From an uncultured Candidatus Micrarchaeota archaeon (lineage in GTDB: Archaea > Micrarchaeota > Micrarchaeia > Burarchaeales > Fermentimicrarchaeaceae), in assembly GCA_963760615.1 (NCBI GenBank), contig CAVXDX010000016.1:1-17121 (forward strand): a DNA stretch of 17,121 bases. Direction: 5' to 3'. Of this stretch, positions 8,117 to 15,515 are shown in pieces. A program made the position numbers and the translations under genes. How positions within the stretch are numbered: the first letter of the stretch is position 1; every line of letters begins with the position of its first letter. The notes below the pieces were generated by a model, which had not been told where the DNA came from, did no database searches, and saw only the letters and a program-made list of their open reading frames with translations.

Positions 8117-8443
8117 ATGGACCCGACAAGAAGGTTGCTCTTCTGGCTTTTGGAAGGGACTAAGGGAGGCCCTACCAGAATTCAGCTCCTTTCACTACTT
8201 GCTAAAAAACCTATGAATATGAGACAGCTGGCACTTGCCGCAAACCTTGATTACAAAACTGTTGAGCACCACGTGCGGCTTCTGGAAAAGAATCTTATAG
8301 TAGAGCCAATGGGTTCGGGTTATGGAAAGATGTATTTTGTAAGCGACTTGCTGCTCGGGGAGAAGGAGTTTATGAGGAGGATAAGAGGTGAGAGATATGA
8401 AAGAAAAGAAAACAGTAGTAAAAAACGAGGGCACAAAAACTGA
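8117..8443 (+). CDS. ArsR-like winged helix-turn-helix transcriptional regulator
   Basis: LLFWLLEGTKGGPTRIQLL...PMNMRQLA...LDYKTVEHHVRLL...GYGKMYF; AT-rich TATA-like stretch at about 8074-8085. Confidence 0.87.
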   Translation: MDPTRRLLFWLLEGTKGGPTRIQLLSLLAKKPMNMRQLALAANLDYKTVEHHVRLLEKNLIVEPMGSGYGKMYFVSDLLLGEKEFMRRIRGERYERKENSSKKRGHKN

Positions 8444-8891
8444 AAGCCTTGCTTTAGTCTATACCTTGATTCTCATCATTTTGGCATTTGCAGTGATTAT
8501 CATCTCCTCTTTCCTCCTGCCCAATGTTCAGATTGTTGGGATGAGGGAGAGCGAGGGCAGGATGATGTTGGGGGGTATGGGGGTTGCTGGGAACCCGGGA
8601 TTCGCAGACTTAAACAGCTATTTTACTGTCCGGCTTGTGCTGTCCATGTTCAATCTGCTTCTTGCTTCGTATCTGCTGTTTGTGTACATAAGGAATTACC
8701 TCATAATCAGATCGAACTTCACACTTGGCATCGTTGCATTCCTCTTCTCCTTCCTCCTGTATGCATTGTCCTCCATACCTCTTGTGCATGGGTTTTTCGG
8801 ACCTTTTGGAATCGCCGGAGTTTTCTCATTTGTGCCGATGCTCTTCAGTGCAATAGGGTTGATTATATTCGCAAAACTGGGCAATGAGTGA
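8397..8891 (+). CDS. Integral membrane protein (about 4 TM), unknown function
   Basis: Four long hydrophobic segments; SD GAGGTGA before ATG 8397; overlaps the regulator gene 3' end. Confidence 0.8.
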   Translation: MKEKKTVVKNEGTKTESLALVYTLILIILAFAVIIISSFLLPNVQIVGMRESEGRMMLGGMGVAGNPGFADLNSYFTVRLVLSMFNLLLASYLLFVYIRNYLIIRSNFTLGIVAFLFSFLLYALSSIPLVHGFFGPFGIAGVFSFVPMLFSAIGLIIFAKLGNE

Positions 8892-8911
8892 TGACAAGAG
8901 CTATGGCACAG

Positions 8912-8967
8912 AATTGGATGTAAATTGGGGCAAGATTTGGGTAGAAATTCGGAAATTGATTAATAAG
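8912..8967 (+). promoter_or_regulatory. Promoter/operator copy B upstream of the ABC cassette
   Basis: Units at 8912, 8923, 8935 and 8946, then CGGAAATTG and TTAATAAG about 35 nt before ATG 9002. Confidence 0.65.
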
Positions 8968-9001
8968 CAGTAGTTATTTACCTATAACACTGGTGCAGTG
9001 T

Positions 9002-9733
9002 ATGAAGAAAACAGTACTTAAGCTAGCGGATGTGTCCAAGGAATACGACGGTTCGGCACCGTTTCGGGCGTTGTGCGACTTAAGCCTTGAAATAGAAGAG
9101 GGGGAGTTCGTCTCAATCGTAGGTCCTTCGGGAAGCGGTAAGAGCACGCTTCTGCATATTCTGGGTTGCCTGGACAAGTCCACAAGCGGGGAGATGTATC
9201 TGGATGGAGTGAAGGTGTCAACGCTTGGCGATGATGCGCTGGCTGATATAAGGCGGGATAAAATAGGCTTCGTCTTCCAGGCGTTCAACCTGGCTTCAAC
9301 TTTGAATGTATTCCAGAATGTTGAACTGCCGCTCATGATTCGTGATGTAGACGCCGGGGAGCGTAAAAAAACAGTAAACAGGCTCCTAGGTATTGTGGGT
9401 CTACAGGACAAGGCGCGTAATATGGCGCCGCAGCTCAGTGGCGGGGAGAAACAGAGGGTTGCAGTGGCCAGGGCGCTCGCCAATGATCCGAGCATACTTC
9501 TGGCTGACGAGCCGACTGGAAACCTGGACTCAAAATCAGGCAAGGATGTTATGGATTTGTTCTCAAAACTGTGGAGGGAGGAGGGGATGACCGTTGTACT
9601 CATAACCCACGAGCCACAGGTTGCAGCTTATGGTAACCGGATACTATACTTGCGGGATGGGCGGATTGAAAGGGATGAGGCCAACAAGCCGAGGAAAGTT
9701 GAAGGGATAAAAATAAAGGATAAGGGTGATTGA
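9002..9733 (+). CDS. ABC transporter ATP-binding protein (LolD/MacB type)
   Basis: Walker A GPSGSGKS, Q-loop FVFQ, signature LSGGEKQRV, Walker B LLADEPTGNLD, H-loop ITHE. GTG 8993 is an alternative start. Confidence 0.95.
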   Translation: MKKTVLKLADVSKEYDGSAPFRALCDLSLEIEEGEFVSIVGPSGSGKSTLLHILGCLDKSTSGEMYLDGVKVSTLGDDALADIRRDKIGFVFQAFNLASTLNVFQNVELPLMIRDVDAGERKKTVNRLLGIVGLQDKARNMAPQLSGGEKQRVAVARALANDPSILLADEPTGNLDSKSGKDVMDLFSKLWREEGMTVVLITHEPQVAAYGNRILYLRDGRIERDEANKPRKVEGIKIKDKGD

Positions 9734-11266
9734 ATGCAAATTTGGAAATTAGCGCTTCTGGCGCTTGTAATTGTTTTTGTTGGCGGCACGGCCTTTGCAG
9801 CTCCAACGAACCAGAGCAATGTGGCGCTGCAGGTGACGGACTACTCACTAGTCCCGCCGGCAGTTTACCCAGGAACTTCGGGTTATGCGAAACTCACAGT
9901 GACAAACACTGGAACGGACGGCGCGAGCGGTATCACTGTATACTATGACTACTCACAGAGCAGCACGCAGTTGTTCACTTACACAGGTGATATAAGCGGC
10001 GGCTCCAGCGAGCAGGTTACGATTCCATTCAAGATTCCGCAGCAGGTTCCCAGCGGGATTTACCTGATAAATGTCAACATATATTACACACCTTCCTCAA
10101 GCGCACAACAGAAGAAGACATCCATCTCCATACCAATAATTATTTCGCAGTACCAGGCTCTGGAAGTGACGACTCTTGGGAGCGGAAGAGAAGTGATAGC
10201 ACCTGGCGAGGCATTCCAGCTCCCGCTATCTATAAACAATACTGGTGGTGTGGTGAACAACCTTCTGGTGACGACGCCGCAGAACTCTTCATTCTCCCTA
10301 GAGGGGACAACACAGAAGTCCATAGGGAATATTGCTTCAGGAATGAGCACCAATGTGACAATAAACCTCATATCTGCTTCAACGGCATCGCTCGGCCAGT
10401 ACACAATTCCGCTTATCTTCACATACCAGGACGCATCTGGGAACACCACCTCCCTGACACTGTATGTTGGGCCCGTGAGCATCCTTGAACCCTCATCACA
10501 ATTCAGGCTCAGCATGAACCCGCTCACCCCAACAGAGGTGGGCTCGCAGGCAGTGCTCCAGTTGACAATTGAGAATATTGGCACGAGTCCACTTAGTGCC
10601 GTTGTTGATGTTAATGCCACGAACGCATTCACTCCTATTGGCATCTCGCGCGTTTACTTTGAGTCCATTGGATCTGGCCAGAATGTTTCAAAGAACGTAA
10701 CGCTGGGCATTTCAAACAGCGTCTCGGCGGGGTATTATGTGCTGCCGCTTGCTATTAGCCTCAGCTCTGGGAATGTGGTCACCCAGAATGTTGGAGTGCC
10801 AGTAACGGCAACTCCTGACCTCACAGTCACTGCTAGCTCATCTGGTGGGACTGTCAGCGTACAAATTTCGAACACGGGCAACGCGCCGATTAGGAGTGTC
10901 TATATAACTGCCTCCTCAAAGGACTTCACAATAGCCGGAGGGGTAGACAAGTTCGTAGGGACATTGAATGTTGATGATTTCACCACCATGTCCCTTACAG
11001 TTGGCGCCCAGAGGGCCGTGGCAAGCAACCGTACAATTACAGTGACAACCAGCTTCAAAGACAGTAATAATATACCGCATGTGGTGACAAAGGATGTTGA
11101 GGTGGGGGCGTCTTCGAGCAATTTTACATCAACCACATTTGGGAACAGAGGCAATAACGGGGTTATTTTTGGTTTGAGCTGGACAGAGATACTTGGAGGC
11201 GTAGTTGTTATAGTGATTGCCTACCTTGCGTATAGGCATTTTAGGAAGAGGGGCGCAAAGGCATGA
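9734..11266 (+). CDS. COG1361-like S-layer/Ig-fold repeat surface protein
   Basis: Signal peptide ending AFA; repeated beta-rich units with N.G and G.Y motifs; many N-x-S/T sequons; C-terminal TM plus basic tail. Sits between ABC ATPase and permease. Confidence 0.8.
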   Translation: MQIWKLALLALVIVFVGGTAFAAPTNQSNVALQVTDYSLVPPAVYPGTSGYAKLTVTNTGTDGASGITVYYDYSQSSTQLFTYTGDISGGSSEQVTIPFKIPQQVPSGIYLINVNIYYTPSSSAQQKKTSISIPIIISQYQALEVTTLGSGREVIAPGEAFQLPLSINNTGGVVNNLLVTTPQNSSFSLEGTTQKSIGNIASGMSTNVTINLISASTASLGQYTIPLIFTYQDASGNTTSLTLYVGPVSILEPSSQFRLSMNPLTPTEVGSQAVLQLTIENIGTSPLSAVVDVNATNAFTPIGISRVYFESIGSGQNVSKNVTLGISNSVSAGYYVLPLAISLSSGNVVTQNVGVPVTATPDLTVTASSSGGTVSVQISNTGNAPIRSVYITASSKDFTIAGGVDKFVGTLNVDDFTTMSLTVGAQRAVASNRTITVTTSFKDSNNIPHVVTKDVEVGASSSNFTSTTFGNRGNNGVIFGLSWTEILGGVVVIVIAYLAYRHFRKRGAKA

Positions 11267-12507
11267 AAATTTTGGATACGGCAACGCTTGCAGTCAATGC
11301 GCTGCAGCACAGAAGCTTGCGAAGCTGGCTGGCCGTTCTCGGTATAATAATCGGTGTTGCCGCCATAGTTAGTCTGATTTCCGTCAGCTTCGGGGTGAGC
11401 AACCAAATCAGCTCAAGGCTTAACACACTTGGGAGCAACATGATAACCATCAGCCCTGGCGGTCAGGGAGCTGAGAGGTTCGGCATTGGCGGTATTAGGG
11501 CGCCAACGACGCAAGCACGTGTCGGGGAATTTGGGGGAGGTGGGGGGGGCACAAACCAAATCACATTCACAGAAGCAGAGGACTTGCGGTCTCTCCCTGG
11601 AGTGGAATACTTGGACGCAAGGGTGCAGGGCAGGGGGAGAGTGCAGTATGTTGATAAGAATACTTCCCTAGGGATTACTGGAACCGACCCACAGGCGTTT
11701 GCCGGTACGGTTGGGGTGGGAGTGCTCTCAGGTAGGATGCTTGGCGGAAGCGACCAGTACTCGGCAGTCCTTGGTTTTGCGGTTGCAAATAACACCTTCA
11801 ATGATTTGGATATGGTGAACAGGCAGATAAAAATCAATAATGTGACTTTCAGAGTTGTGGGAATTCTGCAGTCAAGCGGTGCCAGTTTCGGCGGGGCGGA
11901 TTCACAAATATTCATCCCGCAAAAGACGGCGGAAAATATGTTCAACCAGACAAAAACTGTAAGCCAGATTGTTGTTGCAGCAGACCCGAATTATGACACG
12001 GACACTGTCGCAGCGGAAATTGAGAATGAACTCATATCACTGCATCATGTTACTCCAACTACCGAGGATTTCACAATTATGACTGCAGCGACTGTTCAAT
12101 CTGCTGTGGCGAGTGTGACAGACACCCTCTCTTTGTTCTTGGGGGGCATTGCCTCGATATCTCTCATTGTGGGGGGAATCGGCGTCGCAAATACTATGTT
12201 TATGAGTGTGCTTGAACAGACAAAGTATATTGGATTGCTGAAAGCGCTGGGGATGAAAAACCGGGATGTGCTTATGCTCTTTATGCTTGAGGCTGGAGTA
12301 ATTGGTTTAGTTGGTGGTGTGTTGGGTGTGGGGTTGAGTATGGGTGTTTCGGCGGTCTTGGATCAGTTTGGGGTGCCTTCTGCGATAACAATTGATTTGG
12401 TACTTCTGGGGCTTGGTTTCTCAGTTCTTGTGGGCCTTGTTTCAGGGCTTGTTCCCGCGAGAAACGCAGCATCCCTCCAACCAATTGATGCGCTGAGATA
12501 TGAGTAA
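11263..12507 (+). CDS. ABC transporter permease (MacB/FtsX family)
   Basis: LRSWLAVLGIIIGVAAIV TM1, large extracellular domain, ISLIVGGIGVANTMFMSVLEQTKYIGLLKALG, and C-terminal PARNAASLQPIDALRYE. Confidence 0.95.
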   Translation: MKILDTATLAVNALQHRSLRSWLAVLGIIIGVAAIVSLISVSFGVSNQISSRLNTLGSNMITISPGGQGAERFGIGGIRAPTTQARVGEFGGGGGGTNQITFTEAEDLRSLPGVEYLDARVQGRGRVQYVDKNTSLGITGTDPQAFAGTVGVGVLSGRMLGGSDQYSAVLGFAVANNTFNDLDMVNRQIKINNVTFRVVGILQSSGASFGGADSQIFIPQKTAENMFNQTKTVSQIVVAADPNYDTDTVAAEIENELISLHHVTPTTEDFTIMTAATVQSAVASVTDTLSLFLGGIASISLIVGGIGVANTMFMSVLEQTKYIGLLKALGMKNRDVLMLFMLEAGVIGLVGGVLGVGLSMGVSAVLDQFGVPSAITIDLVLLGLGFSVLVGLVSGLVPARNAASLQPIDALRYE

Positions 12508-12685
12508 GAAGAGTTGTTATGCGGTACACCCACCCCATACTTCCACTATTCATGTTTTAATGTGTTTTTGGTACTTATTTTGGTATGCTTCCGTCTGAAG
12601 TAACGTCGCAAAAATATGGGAAGAAATAGATATAGAATAGTGGAATTCGAAGCGTAAAACATAACTGATAATAATATATATATCT

Positions 12686-12703
12686 ATGTAACCATGGTTA
12701 CAT
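12686..12703. promoter_or_regulatory. Perfect 18-bp palindrome ATGTAACCATGGTTACAT, putative operator
   Basis: Self-complementary over all 18 nt; lies between a TATATATA box (about 12674-12682) and ATG 12705. Confidence 0.6.
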
Positions 12704-12704
12704 T

Positions 12705-12947
12705 ATGTTATTGTATATGTTTGATTTAAAAATAAAAGGAGCAAAACCCTATAACACACTCAAAAGACGCTTCTACTATCACCTAGGCAAATCCAGAATA
12801 GGCAGCAAGCCCTGGAGGACGAAATCCGTCATTGCCGTTGAAGATGATTTGGAAGAGGAAGCGGATGCCTTCTTCAAACAATTCAAGGGATTTGTAGAAG
12901 TGTACAAGGCCCGTGTTGAAAGCATAGAAGAAGTAACCAAGCCATAA
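12705..12947 (+). CDS. Small VapD/Cas2-like (ferredoxin-fold) protein, putative endoribonuclease
   Basis: 80 aa. Hydrophobic strand ending in Asp7 (LLYMFDLKI), a helix, then WRTKSV. Resembles the VapD FDL...W..xSV and Cas2 YD...xSV patterns as I recall them. Confidence 0.55.
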   Translation: MLLYMFDLKIKGAKPYNTLKRRFYYHLGKSRIGSKPWRTKSVIAVEDDLEEEADAFFKQFKGFVEVYKARVESIEEVTKP

Positions 12948-13014
12948 TAGCGGAAGTGCGGTGCCCCCCGTGTATTTTAAACATCCAACCCTAAATTTAC
13001 GTAGAGGTGTTTTC

Positions 13015-13524
13015 ATGGACTGTCTCGAATGCATCTACACGCGTCGTGCCATAAGGAAATACACCGACAAGAACGTTTCAGATGAGATAATCCACAAACT
13101 TCTAAAGGCTGGGATGAGCGGACCCTCTGCAGTGAATGAGCAGCCTTGGCACTTCATCATTGTGAAAGACAAGGAGCTTCTCAAAGAAATACCAAAAGCC
13201 AGCCAATACGCCCAGATGGTGAAGGACGCAGCGCTTGCAATCATAGTCTGCGGCAATCCCACGCTACAGAAAATTGACGGTTTCTGGTCTCAGGACTGTT
13301 GCATTGCAGCGCAGAACATACTTCTTGCGGCGCATGCACTTGGACTCGGAGCGGTGTGGACAGCAGCCTACCCTCTCCAGGACAGGGTTGACAACCTACA
13401 GAAGCTGTTCGGCATTCCCAAGACTATCATACCTCTCTGTGTGATACCAATAGGCTACCCGGCAGAGAAGAAGGAACCGGTTGACAGATTCAAGAAGGAG
13501 AGAGTCCACAGTGAAAAGTGGTAG
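13015..13524 (+). CDS. Nitroreductase family protein (FMN-dependent)
   Basis: RRAIRKY, GPSAVNEQPWHFIIV, QNILLAAHALGLGAVW and IPIGYP motifs; SD AGAGGTG before ATG 13015. Confidence 0.95.
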   Translation: MDCLECIYTRRAIRKYTDKNVSDEIIHKLLKAGMSGPSAVNEQPWHFIIVKDKELLKEIPKASQYAQMVKDAALAIIVCGNPTLQKIDGFWSQDCCIAAQNILLAAHALGLGAVWTAAYPLQDRVDNLQKLFGIPKTIIPLCVIPIGYPAEKKEPVDRFKKERVHSEKW

Positions 13525-13528
13525 CCGC

Positions 13529-13807
13529 CTACCTATGCCCCATCCTATTTTTTGCCTCATTTTCCAACTGTTGCACCAACTCTTTATTCTTCAACTCATT
13601 CTTTCCAAGAAATTTCATTAAAGTTTCGGGACTACTTACATCCATTATTCTTTTTCCAACCTTAAATGCAAATTTAGGGAATGCCACTTCGCTCTCCTTG
13701 ACTATACCCCACAGAACTTCAGGCTTGTTGCTTATCGTGGACTGAACTGCATTCCCAAAGGGTACACCCCCTTCCATATCTGTTCTCTTCTCGACAACAA
13801 ACGTCAT
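13529..13807 (-). CDS. Hypothetical protein (92 aa)
   Basis: Fills the gap between convergent/divergent neighbours; Lys/Glu-rich natural composition; TATTTAAATAT box at 13828-13838. Confidence 0.7.
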   Translation of the reverse strand: MTFVVEKRTDMEGGVPFGNAVQSTISNKPEVLWGIVKESEVAFPKFAFKVGKRIMDVSSPETLMKFLGKNELKNKELVQQLENEAKNRMGHR

Positions 13808-13852
13808 GAATCAAATATGAATTTTTGTATTTAAATATCTACAAGCAAACCC

Positions 13853-13918
13853 GGCTTTGCTAAAAAAATAGTCGATTCGAGCGACTTTATGAGCAGGATG
13901 GACTTTCTTAGCAAAGCC
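13853..13918. mobile_element. 66-bp MITE / internally deleted IS with IS903-like ends and a 9-bp target-site duplication
   Basis: TIR GGCTTTGCTAA perfect for 11 bp and 15/17 when extended. Exact flanking direct repeat AGCAAACCC at 13844-13852 and 13919-13927. Confidence 0.8.
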
Positions 13919-13962
13919 AGCAAACCCTCAAAATTAATAACCCCTGCAACCAATCACTAATC

Positions 13963-14796
13963 ATGGAAGTCACTAAAACTTACCTCAAAAAACACCTTCG
14001 GAAGAGGCTTGCAACATCCCACAAGGGCCAGAACGGCCGGGTTCTTGTTGTCGGCGGCAGCAAGCTCTACTTCGGCTCCCCCATCCTTGTTTCCCTTTCC
14101 GCATTCAGGCTAGGTATTGACCTTGTCTACCTTCTAACACCCGAATACACCGCAAAATACATCGGACCGCGCTACCCAGACCTCATAGTGTGGGGTTACA
14201 CAGGTGAATTCCTCAATAAAAAGGCTCTGCCGTTGTTTGAGCAACTGCGCTCAAGAACAGATGCAATGGTGGTAGGCAACGGCATAACCAAGCAGCCTGG
14301 CGTGCTGAAAACTGCCTCCGAACTGATTAGGAAATGGGACAAACCACTTGTGATAGATGCGGATGCCATACAATCAAATCTCAAAACAAACTCAGAACAG
14401 CTCATCTACACACCGCATTTTGTGGAATTCTCGCGTTTAACCGGAGTGAAGACACCAGAAGATTTGAAGAAAAGAGTAAAGCTTGTGCAAAAGACAGCAG
14501 AGGACCTTTCAGCAACCATCCTTCTCAAGGGAAGGCCGGATATAATCTCTGATGGAGACAGGCTGATGCTCAACAATACCCACAATCCAGGCATGACTGT
14601 CGGCGGAACCGGAGACACCCTTGCGGGCATTGCGTGCGCTCTGCTCTCCCAGAAGCATACTGCATTTGAATCTGCCTGTATGGCTGCATACATAAACGGC
14701 TCTGCAGGCAATCTTGCAATGAAAAAGTACGGCTACTCAATACTCGCATCAGATCTAGTAAACGAAATTCCTACTATTATGAAGAAACTTCGATAA
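13963..14796 (+). CDS. nnrD: ADP/ATP-dependent NAD(P)H-hydrate dehydratase (YjeF C-terminal domain, stand-alone)
   Basis: SHKGQNGRVLVVGGS..YFGSP, VIDADAI, TPH..EF..L, ILLKG..DII and MTVGGTGDTLAG motifs. Confidence 0.93.
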   Translation: MEVTKTYLKKHLRKRLATSHKGQNGRVLVVGGSKLYFGSPILVSLSAFRLGIDLVYLLTPEYTAKYIGPRYPDLIVWGYTGEFLNKKALPLFEQLRSRTDAMVVGNGITKQPGVLKTASELIRKWDKPLVIDADAIQSNLKTNSEQLIYTPHFVEFSRLTGVKTPEDLKKRVKLVQKTAEDLSATILLKGRPDIISDGDRLMLNNTHNPGMTVGGTGDTLAGIACALLSQKHTAFESACMAAYINGSAGNLAMKKYGYSILASDLVNEIPTIMKKLR

Positions 14797-15429
14797 TCAG
14801 AAAATGTCAACAACGCCTCCCACATCTCTGAACACAAAATCAGGTTCCTCCTCAAGAAGCCATTCCAATCTATGTATTCCATTGCAGACGCACCCAGTCA
14901 CCATGCCTGCAGCCCTCCCAGCCTGAATATCTTCCACTCTATCGCCGACATAAATACACTCCTCCCCACGTTTATTTATTCTGTCAAGAGCCATCAACAG
15001 ACTTTTGGGAGATGGCTTATTCTCATTGGCATCCTCCCTCGCAACCACCACCGAGAAGTATTTTTTGATCCTAAACCTCTCCAAATCCCCCCTTATCCTT
15101 GCGCCCTTCCCATCGCTCACCAGACCCATTCCCACTCCCAACAAATTCAACTTCTCAAGAGTCGGAACAGTTTCAGGAAACAGCTTTATGCCACCTCGCA
15201 TTGCATCCCAATAACCCCACCAAATATCCTCCACCCTCTTTACATCATCCTTCTTTACACTCATCTTCCTATACATCTCCTTATGATTCATTGAGAACTC
15301 TCTTCTGAAGAACTCCAAGTCCAAATTCCTGTAACCCAACCCAGAAAAAGCCTTTCTGAAGCTCTCGTAAGTTACAGCAGTAGAGTCAAGCAGCGTCCCG
15401 TCATAATCAAACAAGACGAAATCCAGCAT
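14797..15429 (-). CDS. HAD-superfamily hydrolase (phosphoglycolate phosphatase-like)
   Basis: FDYDGTL, VSD, KPSP and YVGDRVEDIQAGRAAG motifs; stop codon directly abuts the nnrD stop. Confidence 0.9.
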   Translation of the reverse strand: MLDFVLFDYDGTLLDSTAVTYESFRKAFSGLGYRNLDLEFFRREFSMNHKEMYRKMSVKKDDVKRVEDIWWGYWDAMRGGIKLFPETVPTLEKLNLLGVGMGLVSDGKGARIRGDLERFRIKKYFSVVVAREDANENKPSPKSLLMALDRINKRGEECIYVGDRVEDIQAGRAAGMVTGCVCNGIHRLEWLLEEEPDFVFRDVGGVVDIF

Positions 15430-15515
15430 AATACCCGTACTCTAATCTAATTTATCTGTTTTCTCGTACCACAAGCTTTTTATTCGCTCCAAATACAATG
15501 AATCTGGGTGGTCCA

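Noticed and set aside
11533-11549. G-rich tract with a G8 run in the permease as a phase-variation site or G-quadruplex
   Set aside because: It is in frame and encodes a Gly linker; there is no evidence of slippage from a single sequence.
2600-12553. Long antisense ORFs (e.g. 2600-3328, 5803-6387, 8974-9603, 10084-10644, 11463-11945)
   Set aside because: They lie opposite well-supported genes and carry no motifs of their own.
12508-13014. CRISPR-Cas locus around the Cas2-like gene
   Set aside because: No repeat-spacer array, cas1 or effector gene is present in the window.
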